Source of the DNA: Eledone cirrhosa
Taxonomy: Eukaryota
DNA: 64,000 bases
Direction of reading: 5' to 3'
NCBI GenBank assembly: GCA_964016885.1
Contig: OZ024740.1
Coordinates: forward strand, 48,732,001-48,796,000
In this document: positions 39,441-49,749 of the stretch, piece by piece
How the letters are laid out: every line of letters starts with the position of its first letter
Position numbering within the stretch: position 1 is the first letter of the stretch
Notes under the pieces: generated by a model
The model's database searches: none
Told to the model about the DNA's origin: nothing
The model's input: only the letters and a program-made list of their open reading frames with translations
Translations under genes and position numbers: made by a program

Positions 39441-39524
39441 ACCTTTACCGAATCGGTTTCGAATCTCAAAAATAAATGGAGACCATACGGCCTTCGTTGC
39501 AAAGAAAGATTCTCGTCAGAAGGT
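39441..39524 (-). ncRNA. Type I hammerhead ribozyme motif with long loop 2 (HHR-4)
   Basis: Minus strand ACCUU-CUGACGA-GAAUCU(40 nt)AGAUUC-GAAA-CCG AUU CGG-UA-AAGGU. All three helices pair, with G10.1-C11.1 present and a GUA triplet. Confidence 0.88.
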
Positions 39525-39631
39525 TCTTTTCATTCGAAGAATATAAAATTCTTGAATTTAAATTACGAACTAGCGCTATCCAAAACTGTTCCCGAGATGA
39601 GAGTAAATGAAGTGGAATCATATATATATAT

Positions 39632-39632
<1 letters not shown>

Positions 39633-39666
<34 letters not shown>

Positions 39667-41447
39667 TTAACGTCCAGGTTCCATGCTTGCATGGGTTTGG
39701 ACGGGAGTTTTCCCACTTGAGGCAAGAGTGGTTGTCATTGCTCGCATAGGACTGTCTGGCGGGTTTTCTACAGCTGGATGCCCTTCCTAACACCAACCAC
39801 ATTTACAGTGTGGGGCTGGGAGGTATTTACCGTGTTGCCTACACGGCCACATTACAGCGTGGACTGTGTGTTTTTTGTCGTGACACCTACACGATCTCAT
39901 TTGTTTCGGCCTGGATGTTGTGGCACCAACATAACGTTACATTGAAAGGGGCGGTGTGGTGGGACGGGGGTGTATTTTGTTAGAGATGCCTACTGACTGT
40001 AGTAGGTTTTACTTTGTATTTAGGTAAGGCGGGTCTTCTCTATTACTGAGTACCGCCATAGGTCTCGGTCCAGTGACATTGTCTTGGAGAGGTGTAAGTG
40101 TGTGAGGTCGGAATTTATCAGCTCGTCCCAGGTTTTTCTGGGTCTGCCTACTCCGTGGCTATCGTCTATCTTTATTGCCCTGCACTTTGTTATACAGCTA
40201 TCGTCTTTCATGCGCATCACGTGACCATACCAACGTAGCCTTCTCTCGAGTAAACAACATCTGATCCCTCTTATTTCTAATTTTTTCCTTAGTTCGTTTA
40301 TGCTTTGCCGTTCAGGTATATTACTATTACACATCCAGCGGAGCATGCAAGCTTCGTTCCTCTCTAGTCTGCGTATATCCTCTGCACACAATGCCCAGGT
40401 CTCACTGCCATGCAACATTGCTGTTCGTATGCAGGCATTATACAACCTGCCTTTCATTTTTAGGGAGAACCCTTTAGCGGCTAATAGTGGTATAAGCTCT
40501 CTGAACTTTTTCCATCCAGTTCTGACTCTAGCTACTGTACTTTCAGAGCACCCTCCCCCACTGCTGATTTTGTCACCCAGGTAACGGAAGCTGTCCACTA
40601 TTTCTATAGAACCCTCTGCGCAGTTGAAGGAGCTAGTATTCTGTGGGTACTTGCTGCTACTTATTGCACCAGAGCACCGGCCACATGTAAAATCTATGTT
40701 CTTAGTTAGCTTACCTGTGATCCCACTACATCTTTTATGCACCCATACTTTGCATTTGGGACATAAAATGGAGTTTCTACCTATGCCTTTCCTACACACT
40801 GAGCATGGCCACTTCCCGGAAGGGACCGCCGCCTTATTTTCTTTCTTACAAACTAGAACTTTAGTCTTAGCCAGGTTAATTTTAAGGCCTTTTGATTCTA
40901 GGCCGTGCTTCCATGTTTGGAATTTCTTCTCTAGTTCGGCCATTGATTCAGCTATGAGTGTTACGTCATCTGCGTATAGGAGTTCCCATGGGCAGCCGGT
41001 CTTGAACTCCTCTGTTATAGCCTGAAGGGCAATAATAAATAGTAGGGGGCTAAGAACAGAGCCCTGATGGACACCAACTTTTACGCTAAACTCTTCACTA
41101 TATTCGTTGTTAATTCTAACCTTGCTGACTGTTTCTTTATACATGGCTTGTATAGCTCTCACAAGCCATTCGTCAACACCTAGTTTTCTAAGAGCCCACC
41201 AGATAATGGAACGGGGGACTCTGTCGAAGGCTTTCTCCAAGTCGACAAAAGCTAAGTATAGGGGTTTACTTTTAGCTAGGTACTTCTCCTGTAGTTGTCG
41301 TACAATGAAAAGAGCGTCTGTGGTACTTTTGCCTGACACAAACCCGAACTGCATTTCATCTAGATCAATTCTCTCTCTGATTAGTTGCGCTATTACTTTT
41401 TCCGTGACCTTCATGACCTGGTCGATTAATTTAATGCCTCTATAGTT
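39633..41447 (-). mobile_element. RTE-clade LINE (family A), 5'-truncated, remaining frame uninterrupted
   Basis: ORF 40020-41414 is nearly identical to the C-terminal part of the 1077-aa ORF (QFGF, FVDLEKAFD, GVHQGSVLSP, YADD). It has a (CAT)n tail at 39633 and is flanked by (TA)n. Confidence 0.96.
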
Positions 41448-41449
41448 CT

Positions 41450-41498
<49 letters not shown>

Positions 41499-42062
41499 GA
41501 TAATAATTAGTTACTATTAATATACCATTATTCAATATCTATAAAGAGCCATCCGCTCAACTCATTGGTGGAATTATGTATGTGTCTGAATGTGTGTCTG
41601 TGTGTGTGTCTGTGTGTGTGTATGTGTAACAATCAGACGGAAGTTATTTCAGATAAATTCTCATATTAAATTAACTAAATTCTGATTGACAGCAATAACT
41701 GAGATAATTATTTGCCATAGGAATCATTGGGCTATATTTAAGATAACAGACTTTATAAAGCCATTGGTTGAATTATATAGGTGTAATTTGTTTGTGTGTG
41801 AGTGTATGTGTGTGTATGTATATGCGCACATGCTAGTCACTGCAAATATATCAACACTGTTTAAAATCTGCAGTGGCAGTTATTTCTCATACAACCAATA
41901 CATCTAGCAGTGTTGCAGTTCAATAAATATATAGCTGCACAGACCACACTTAGAATATTGTATGGGTAGGCCATTGTAAGTGCATCCAACCATAAAAACA
42001 AAACTGCCAGAAAAGAATAGAAAAACAGACATAAAAATAATGATGCCGATAAGGAGGATATA

Positions 42063-43259
42063 TCTATGTATAATATAAAAGAGAGATGTTTATTGGTTGT
42101 TTGGTTACACAAAAACTACACATACACACACATCTAAAGAGAGAAATAGACTCAGAGGGAGAGGCAGAGAGAGATATATGCTGTTATACAGAGAGATATA
42201 TACAGTTAAAGTGTTAGATATTCAGAGAGAGAGTGAAGTTGCACAAAAGTCTTTGATTTTACAGAACAAAGAAAAAATTGATACTATTTGAAATTAATCT
42301 AGGGTGTATATTAAGTTAGCTTTTTGAGAATAGTGTCATGTTATTAACCTCATTCAGATGACAGAGTGTCAATGTATTCTCTTAGGCTGCTATTTGCATT
42401 TTTCACAATATTTTCCAATTAATTTCATTATGTCACCAAAACACATAGGGGGGGGGGGGGGGGGGGGGGGGGGCACCAATGTCCGCCAAACGGTTGAGAT
42501 CTTCCAATGAAAGAGAAACTCACGAGCAATATAAAAGAAGACTTGGGAATAAAGGGACAAGTACATATTGTGATATTCAGCAGAATATGAGATGGGAAAC
42601 AGAAATGTTAAGACAACAAGAAACAATCACAATTTTCTGAAAGTGTACAGAACCTGAGACAGGAAACAGAAAGATTAAGGCAAGAAGAAAGACTATCGCA
42701 ATAATCAGAGGTTCAATATGAAAATCACCAAGAGGCAATGACAGTTGCAATGCAAACTCGACGAGCACAAAAGACTCTTCAAGGTCAAATAAACTGGCTA
42801 AGAGCTGCGTTTTCATATGATCGATCGAAGCATTATAGAAATGATCCTAAAGTCGCGATTGGTAGGATGGATATTACACTTGGCATGTGTTGCTCAGGAG
42901 GAAAAGTCAGACATTCACTGATAGAGGACCCTCTAGTTTTTATCCATATACTGCTTACAGACCATACTAAGGAAGCTAAACACTTCAGAAGCAATGTTAT
43001 GCGGTATGCTGCGTTTCAGATGATGTTCTTTGGAGTTGAAAAAGATCATACTGACTATGGTTATTTCACATTTAAAATCCAAGGCCAATGCTACCATTTA
43101 ATCGGCAGTTTACTCTCCCAGCCTAATAAGGAAGTTATATGATTGTTTTTTTTTTCATGTCTCTCTCTCTCACACACACACACATCCAATACAGTCGTTT
43201 TCTCTTTTATCTGTCTTCTCTTAACTGTTCTCCCGGGCGAAGCCAGGTACCTCAGCTAG
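42063..43259 (+). mobile_element. Internally deleted Helitron
   Basis: The 3' end has an imperfect hairpin CCCGGGCGAAGCCAGG followed by CTAG|T. The candidate 5' end A|TCTATGTATAATATAAAAGAG is less certain. An internal Rep/helicase remnant is present. Confidence 0.8.
42738..43142 (+). pseudogene. Helitron Rep/helicase N-terminal remnant
   Basis: AAFSYD...IGRM..GMCCSGGKV...AKHF...AFQM..FG...FKIQGQCYHLIGSLL is typical of the region preceding the Helitron Rep domain. Confidence 0.8.
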
Positions 43260-43608
43260 TCATCATCATCATCAACGTTTAACGTCCGTGTTCCACGCTT
43301 GCATGGGTTTGGACGGGGGTAGTCCCACTTGAGGCAAGAGTGATTGTCTTGTTCGCATAGGACTGTCTGGCAGGTTTTCTACAGTTGGATGCCCTTCCTA
43401 ACACCAACCACATTTACAGTGTGGGTCTGGGAGGTTTTTACCGTGTTGCCTACACGGCCACATTACAGCGTGGACTGTGTGTTTTTTTGTCGTGACACCT
43501 ACACGATCTCATTTGTTTCGGCCTGGATGGCGCGGCACCAACATAACTTTACATAGAACGGGGTGGTGTGGATGGGGTGGGGGTGGTGGCGGGACGGGGT
43601 GTATTTTG

Positions 43609-46600
43609 TTAGAGATGCCTACTGGCAAGGCGGGTCTTCTCTGTTACTGAGTACCGCCAAAGGTCTCGGTCCAGTGACATTGTCTTGGAGAGGTGTAAGT
43701 GTGTGAGGTCGGAGTTTATCAGCTCATCCCATGTTTTTCTAGGTCTGCCTATTCCGTGGCTACCGTCTATCTTTATTGCCCTGCACTTTGTTATACAGCT
43801 ATCGACTTTCATGCGCATCACGTGTCCATACCAACGCAGCCTTCTCTCGAGTAAACAACATCTGATCCCTCTTATCTCTAATTTTTTCCTTAGTTCGTTT
43901 ATGCTTTGCCGTTCACGTATATTACTGTTACACATCCAGCGGAGCATGCAAGCTTCGTTCCTCTCTAGTCTGCGTATATCCTCTGCACACAATGCCCAGG
44001 TCTCACTGCCATGCAACATTGCTGTTCGTATGCAGGCATCGTACAACCTGCCTTTCATTTTTAGGGAGAACCCTTTAGCAGCTAATAGTGGTATAAGCTC
44101 TCTGAACTTTTTCCAACCAGTTCTGACTCTAGCTACAGTACTTTCAGAGCACCCTCCCCCATTGCTGATTTTATCGCCCAGGTAACGGAAGCTGTCCACT
44201 ATTTCTATAGAACCCTCTGCGCAATTGAAAGAGCTAGTATTTTGTGGGCACTTGCTGCTACTTATTGCACCAGAACACCGGCCACATGTAAAATCTATGT
44301 TCTTAGTTAGCTTACCTGTGATCCCACTACATCTTTTATGCACCCATACTTTGCATTTAGGACATAAAATGGAGTTTCTACCTACGCCTTTCCTACACAC
44401 CGAGCACGACCATTTCCCAGAAGGGACCGCCGCCTTGTTTTCTTTCCTACAAACTAGAACTTTGGTCTTAGCCAGGTTAATTTTAAGTCCTTTTGACTCT
44501 AGGCCGTGCTTCCATGTTTGGAATTTCTTCTCTAGCTCGGCCATTGATTCCGCTATGAGTGTCAGGTCGTCTGCGTATAGGAGTTCCCATGGGCAGCCTG
44601 TCTTGAACTCCTCTGTTATAGCCTGAAGGGCAATAATAAATAGTAGGGGGCTGAGAACAGAGCCCTGATGGACGCCAACTTTTACGCTAAACTCTTCACT
44701 ATATTCGTTGTTAATTCTAACCTTGCTGACTGTTTCTTTATACATGGCTTGTATAGCCCTCACAAGCCATTCGTCAACGCCTAGTTTTCTAAGAGCCCAC
44801 CAGATAATGGAGCGGGGGACTCTGTCGAAGGCTTTCTCCAGGTCGACAAAAGCTAAGTAGAGGGGTCTACCTTTAGCTAGGTACTTCTCCTGTAGTTGTC
44901 GTACTATGAAAAAAGCGTCTGTGGTGCTTTTGCCTGACACAAACCCGAACTGCATTTCATCTAGGTCAATTCTCTCTCTGATTAGTTGCGCTATTACTTT
45001 TTCCGTGACCTTCATGACCTGGTCGATTAATTTAATGCCTCTATAGTTACTCCTATCTAGGGCGTCTCCTTTACCCTTATAACAGTTAACGATGATGCTG
45101 CTATGCCAGTCCTTCGGAACAACCCCATTCTGTACGACTTGGTTAACTATGCGGGTGACCATGGTGTGTCCCACCGTGCCAGATGCCTTCAGCATCTCAG
45201 CAACTATTTCCGAAGGCCCAGCCGCCTTACCCGTCTTCATATCCTTGATTACCTTACTTATTATACTCCCCTCGACTAACACTGCTGGTCCCTCTATCGG
45301 GTCGATATGGGGGAGACTGTCTTTCTCCCATTTATTCTCCTCATTTAGTAGCCTTTCATAGTGACACTTCCAAGCTACCTTCTTATCAGTGTCGGTGATG
45401 GCAAGTATGCCATCATCGTTAAGTACACACTTCTCCCCGACAATATCACGGTTTTCCTTGACGCATTGCCTGGCAATCCTGAACACCTCACGTTTTTGGT
45501 CATCGCGTTGTAGAACATGCTTGAACTTTCTTTCCTCAGCTTCCCTTCTTGCTAAGTACACTTCTCTCCTAGCTTCCCTCCTGGCCACTTGATAGTCTAC
45601 TCTACTTCCCCCATCCCGCCATACTTTCCAAGCCTGCTTTTTGGCCTTAATTGACCCCTCCACCCTACTGTTCCACGACCAAGTTACTCTCCTCCTGCCT
45701 ACGGGCCTGCTCCAGCCACAGACTTCGTCTGTCGCCAACAGCAGGTTTGCTTTCAGAAATTCCCACTGTCCCTCTATATTGTCCGATTCTAGATGCTCTT
45801 CCTTACTGTCGAAAGCATCAAGTAATATGCTTTGAAATTTATTTCTGGCTGTGGGGTCCTTTAGTTTCCATATTTTCCTCCTGAGGATAGTCCTCTTCTG
45901 CTGTCGAGTACGTCTCGTCCTGACTATGAGGTCGCTAATTATCAGTCTATGTTGGGAGGTGCATTCTTCATGGGGGAGGGATTTAGTGTTTACAACAGAC
46001 ACTCTGTCACGTCTTCTGGTAAGGATATAATCTACCTGGCTTGTGTGTTCCCCTGATCTATAGGTGATCAGGTGATTGTCACGTTTTTTGAAGTTAGTGT
46101 TACAGATAGTTAGGTTATTTGCATCACAGAATTCCAGGATTCTGGAGCCTCCCTCATTTCTAGTACCAAACCCATAGCCTCCATGGATTTCGTCGTAGCC
46201 GTCACAATGTTGTCCAACGTGACCATTTAGGTCGCCTGCAATAATTATATAGTCACTGTCAGATATTTGGGAGGTAGTTAGCAACAGTGTCTCATAGAAT
46301 CTGTCTTTTATAGTGCCGGGCAGTCCGGATTGGGGTGCGTACGCAGATATTACTGTCACCGTAGTTTTATTGAGGACAAGTCTTATTTTAATTATTCTGT
46401 CGTTCACTCTATTTACGTCTATTATCTTATCTGCCCACTTTTCTGCTACCATGATTCCTACTCCACCCAGCCCATCGTCGTTTCCCACCCAGAAAAGCTT
46501 ATAACATCGTTTTTTACCCTCAATGAATCTAGCAGACCCACCCCTCCACCTGGTCTCTTGAATACAACAAACATCGACCTCCTTACGTTCAAGCATTTCT

Positions 46601-46842
46601 ACAACCTCGTTAGCGCGACCCTTTAGGGTGCCCACATTTATGGTACCAACTCTGAAGTTTTGGGTTGCGTTAGCCATCCGCGGACGAAACAAAGAGGAGT
46701 GCTCGCATTCTCGTCCACGAGGTGAATTTGACTTTAACTTTGGCATTTTCGCTCTGAGCGTCCAGATTTTTCTCTCCCTTCCACTCTCCAGGATTCCGCA
46801 GTCCGTCCATCCATCCATCCATCCATCATATATCGAAGGCAA
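43609..46842 (-). CDS. RTE ORF: AP endonuclease + reverse transcriptase with embedded C4HC3 finger (true start probably ATG at 46746 or 46677)
   Basis: APE motifs are TINVGTL, CIQETRW, SAYAPQ, AGDLNGH, VDYIL and SQH. RT motifs are YKGKGD, NYRGI, QFGF, DLEKAFD, QGSVLSP, YADD and FRYLG. There are no stops over 1077 codons. Confidence 0.97.
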   Translation of the reverse strand: MPSIYDGWMDGWTDCGILESGRERKIWTLRAKMPKLKSNSPRGRECEHSSLFRPRMANATQNFRVGTINVGTLKGRANEVVEMLERKEVDVCCIQETRWRGGSARFIEGKKRCYKLFWVGNDDGLGGVGIMVAEKWADKIIDVNRVNDRIIKIRLVLNKTTVTVISAYAPQSGLPGTIKDRFYETLLLTTSQISDSDYIIIAGDLNGHVGQHCDGYDEIHGGYGFGTRNEGGSRILEFCDANNLTICNTNFKKRDNHLITYRSGEHTSQVDYILTRRRDRVSVVNTKSLPHEECTSQHRLIISDLIVRTRRTRQQKRTILRRKIWKLKDPTARNKFQSILLDAFDSKEEHLESDNIEGQWEFLKANLLLATDEVCGWSRPVGRRRVTWSWNSRVEGSIKAKKQAWKVWRDGGSRVDYQVARREARREVYLARREAEERKFKHVLQRDDQKREVFRIARQCVKENRDIVGEKCVLNDDGILAITDTDKKVAWKCHYERLLNEENKWEKDSLPHIDPIEGPAVLVEGSIISKVIKDMKTGKAAGPSEIVAEMLKASGTVGHTMVTRIVNQVVQNGVVPKDWHSSIIVNCYKGKGDALDRSNYRGIKLIDQVMKVTEKVIAQLIRERIDLDEMQFGFVSGKSTTDAFFIVRQLQEKYLAKGRPLYLAFVDLEKAFDRVPRSIIWWALRKLGVDEWLVRAIQAMYKETVSKVRINNEYSEEFSVKVGVHQGSVLSPLLFIIALQAITEEFKTGCPWELLYADDLTLIAESMAELEKKFQTWKHGLESKGLKINLAKTKVLVCRKENKAAVPSGKWSCSVCRKGVGRNSILCPKCKVWVHKRCSGITGKLTKNIDFTCGRCSGAISSSKCPQNTSSFNCAEGSIEIVDSFRYLGDKISNGGGCSESTVARVRTGWKKFRELIPLLAAKGFSLKMKGRLYDACIRTAMLHGSETWALCAEDIRRLERNEACMLRWMCNSNIRERQSINELRKKLEIRGIRCCLLERRLRWYGHVMRMKVDSCITKCRAIKIDGSHGIGRPRKTWDELINSDLTHLHLSKTMSLDRDLWRYSVTEKTRLASRHL

Positions 46843-47051
46843 CCGGGCAAGCGATAGTATAGGCCTCTGGCTTATGATTGGTCCGCGTAATAATAATAAT
46901 AATAATAATAATGGTGATGCGTGGGGGTGGGGGGGGCTCTGGCTTATAATAATAATGGTGATGCGTGGGGGGGGGGGGCTCTGGCTTATGATTGGTCCAC
47001 GTATTAAGTATGGTGGTGTGTGGGGGCGGGTGGGAGGGGTGTGGGGTAGCT

Positions 47052-47341
47052 AGCTGGAAGGTTATGAATGTTTAACAAGCGATTTAACAAAAAGCAAAAC
47101 TGCAAGATTTGTTCTGTTCAATACGACAAAAACACCGTATTTAAACCTTAAATAGATAACAAAAGATACAGATTTCGGATTTTGTGAGATTGGATGTTTG
47201 GACTATGTACGAAAATTGAGCGTGGAATAGATGGAGGAGAAAAATTTGTACTTTACGATTTACATGAGTACACCGTAGTAGGAAATAATTGAAGCAGCGG
47301 TGGATTGGCGAAAGTGAATAAACATGAAGGAGAACTTATCT

Positions 47342-47376
<35 letters not shown>

Positions 47377-47823
47377 AGCTAAGGAAGAAAGAGAGGGGGG
47401 AAGGGGGAGAGAGATTGTGGCTGACCGCAGCCCCTCGTGGAGGGTGAAGGGGTAGAGCGGTTTTTTTGACTTTCAAGTAGCATAATATATATATATTTAA
47501 AGTAATTTATAAGAAGTAGAATGGGAAGGATTTTGTTTTTTGTTTGAGAATACGATAGAATTAAGGAATTGGACGATACGATAGAATTAAGAATGGGAAG
47601 GATTTTGTTTTTTTTTTGTTTGGGGATACGATAGAATTAAGGAATTGGAGAATACGATAGAATTAATTGAATTGATGAGCTGGAAGGTTATGAATGTTTA
47701 ACAAGCGATTTAACAAAAAGCAAAACTGCAAGATTTGTTCTGTTCAATACGACAAAAACACCGTATTTAAACCTTAAATAGATAACAAAAGATACAGATT
47801 TCGGATTTTGCGAGATTGGATGT
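47052..47823. repeat. 146-bp direct repeat pair (47052-47197 and 47678-47823)
   Basis: AGCTGGAAGGTTATGAATG...GAGATTGGATGT occurs twice, with one visible substitution. Confidence 0.95.
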
Positions 47824-48072
47824 ATATAAACTGGCTTCTGCACAGTTTGTCTACAAAATTCTACTTACATAGTGTTGTTCAACAAGAGACTATAATAGAA
47901 GACACTAGCCCTAGGTTCCACACAGTGGCCTACACTGTTTTGGGTTTTATGTGAAACAAACAAAAAAAATTATTCCTGTCAATAAAAATAGACAAAACAC
48001 TGAAGTTCAATTGAAATACTAATATTTATGAAAAAACCAATGTCATCTCTGAGACGAAGCGAGAGTGTATTT

Positions 48073-48419
48073 GAATACATATAAAAGTGAGAAAGCTCAT
48101 CGCTTGAACAGCCTTTAAAACAGCTAAATGTTGTCAAAAACAGCAATGGACAAAAATGCCTCAGAAAATAGAGACCAGCGACCAGTGGTCAACAGAGAGA
48201 CAATCCACACGGTGGTGACAGGCAGATGAAAATTGTCCTCCTCCTCTTTCAATCTTTTCTATATTTCATCTACCTGTCACTCACCTTGTGGATTGCCTCT
48301 GTTGACCACTGGCCACTGGTCTCTGTCCTCTGAAGCATTGTTGCCCATCGCTATCTTTGGCAGCATTTAGCTGTTTTAATGGTTGTTCTGGCGATGAGTT
48401 TTCTCATTTTCATATGTTC
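48073..48419. repeat. Diverged fold-back inverted repeat (~155-bp arms, ~32-nt spacer), possibly Tc1/mariner-derived
   Basis: 48073-48231 is the reverse complement of 48264-48419, with mostly transition mismatches. The degenerate translation resembles the Tc1 N-terminal motif (RxSGrpR.ST..DR). Confidence 0.85.
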
Positions 48420-48738
48420 TAATATTTATATTTTACACATGCAAATTTTGATGATTGATTCTTTTGTGACTGATCCTGACATCACCCCATAATATTAGAA
48501 GAACATAGACACAAATCCACACATTTGGGGACCAGATGTAGTTGACTATATAGATCCCAGCTTTAGAATGGAACTTTACTTCTAGATAGGTGATTAATCA
48601 ACCCATTAAATATTATTTGGCCAAAACGATCTGTAATAAAATGTTTCATTTTAAATTCAAACCTTGGACTGAAATCTCAATATTACATAGATAGATAAAT
48701 ATTTGTCTTTTGTTAGTAAGTTGAAAGTTGAAAGTCAA

Positions 48739-48970
48739 GGCAGTGGATTGGCAGTATTGGTAGACCATCAGACAACATGCTTTATAACATAGAGTTACGG
48801 CCCTTTAAGTTCTAAGTTCAAATCCCGCCGAGGTTAGTTTTGCTTTTCATCCTTATGGGGTCGATAAAATAAAAATAAAGTACCAGTAATGTAATAGGGT
48901 TGATTTAATCAACTTTCCACTCTGCCAAAATTTGTTAGCCTTGTGCCTAAATCAGAAACCATTATTAAGT
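48739..48970 (+). mobile_element. tRNA-derived SINE
   Basis: A-box-like head, B-box GTTCAAATCC, core TTTGC.TTTCATCCTTA.GGGGTCGATAAAAT..AAAGTACCAG (Nin/Deu-domain-like) and an (ATT)n tail. Confidence 0.88.
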
Positions 48971-48976
48971 TGATAG

Positions 48977-49160
48977 GGCGGTGGATTGGCAGTATCGGTA
49001 GAGGGTCGGACGCAATGCTTTCCAGCATAGTTACGTCCCTTTACGATCTGAGTTCAAATCCCGCCGAGGTTGACTTTGCCTTTCATCCTTACGGGGTCGA
49101 TAGAATAAAGTACCAGTAATGCATTGGGTAATTGCTGGCCTTGTGCCTAAAGTAGAAACA
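48977..49160 (+). mobile_element. tRNA-derived SINE inserted in the tail of the previous copy
   Basis: Same family. 16-bp target-site duplication ATTATTAAGTTGATAG at 48961-48976 and 49161-49176. Confidence 0.92.
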
Positions 49161-49555
49161 ATTATTAAGTTGATAGTTATTTCACTAAATATATTCGGGA
49201 GTAAATAATAACAATATCATAATAATATTATAATATTATTGCTATTTGGTTTGTTTGCAAACAAACAGCCTCATAAACACTGTGTGTGTTTTCTAGATGA
49301 ATAACATCATCCCTTTGTTCTAGCGGTAGCTTAGAGAGAACAATCAACAATTGTTTCCAAGTGTTTGCTCCTTATCAAAATTGCATATTCTCATGTCTGC
49401 TACTCACTGGAACTGCTGAGAATACATAGTATTCTCAAATGTATACATTGGCTGATTAGCCTTATTTGCATACCGAATGATTTTATGGCCAGCTTTGCTG
49501 AAAATTAAAAAACAAAATTTGTTTTCGCTCTTAATGTGGTGAATAATAGTAATAT

Positions 49556-49749
49556 CATAATAATTGTTTCTAATTTTGGAACAAGGCCAGCAATTATACC
49601 AGTGTATTACTGGTACTTTATTTTATCGACCCTGTAAGGATGAAAGGCAAAGTTAACTTCGGCAGGATTTGACCTCAGAACGTAAAGGGCCATAACTCTA
49701 TGCTGTAAAGCATGGTGTCTGACGCTCTACCGATACTGCCAATTCACCA
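49556..49749 (-). mobile_element. tRNA-derived SINE
   Basis: Reverse-complement copy of the same family. Confidence 0.88.

Larger units (their letters stand above)
43261..47823 (-). mobile_element. Apparently full-length RTE-clade LINE (family A)
   Basis: The element has a (CAT)n tail at 43261, a 3' UTR and an intact ORF. The ~1-kb upstream region ends at 47823. The 5' boundary is inferred from rejoining the flanks (CTAGT + ATATAAA). Confidence 0.85.

Noticed and set aside
42448-42473. 26-nt poly-G run (G-quadruplex potential)
   Set aside because: A simple homopolymer inside a dead Helitron. Its length is error-prone and nothing points to function.
40300-47053. Plus-strand ORFs overlapping the RTE copies
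   Set aside because: Antisense shadows of the LINE ORF with no independent motifs.
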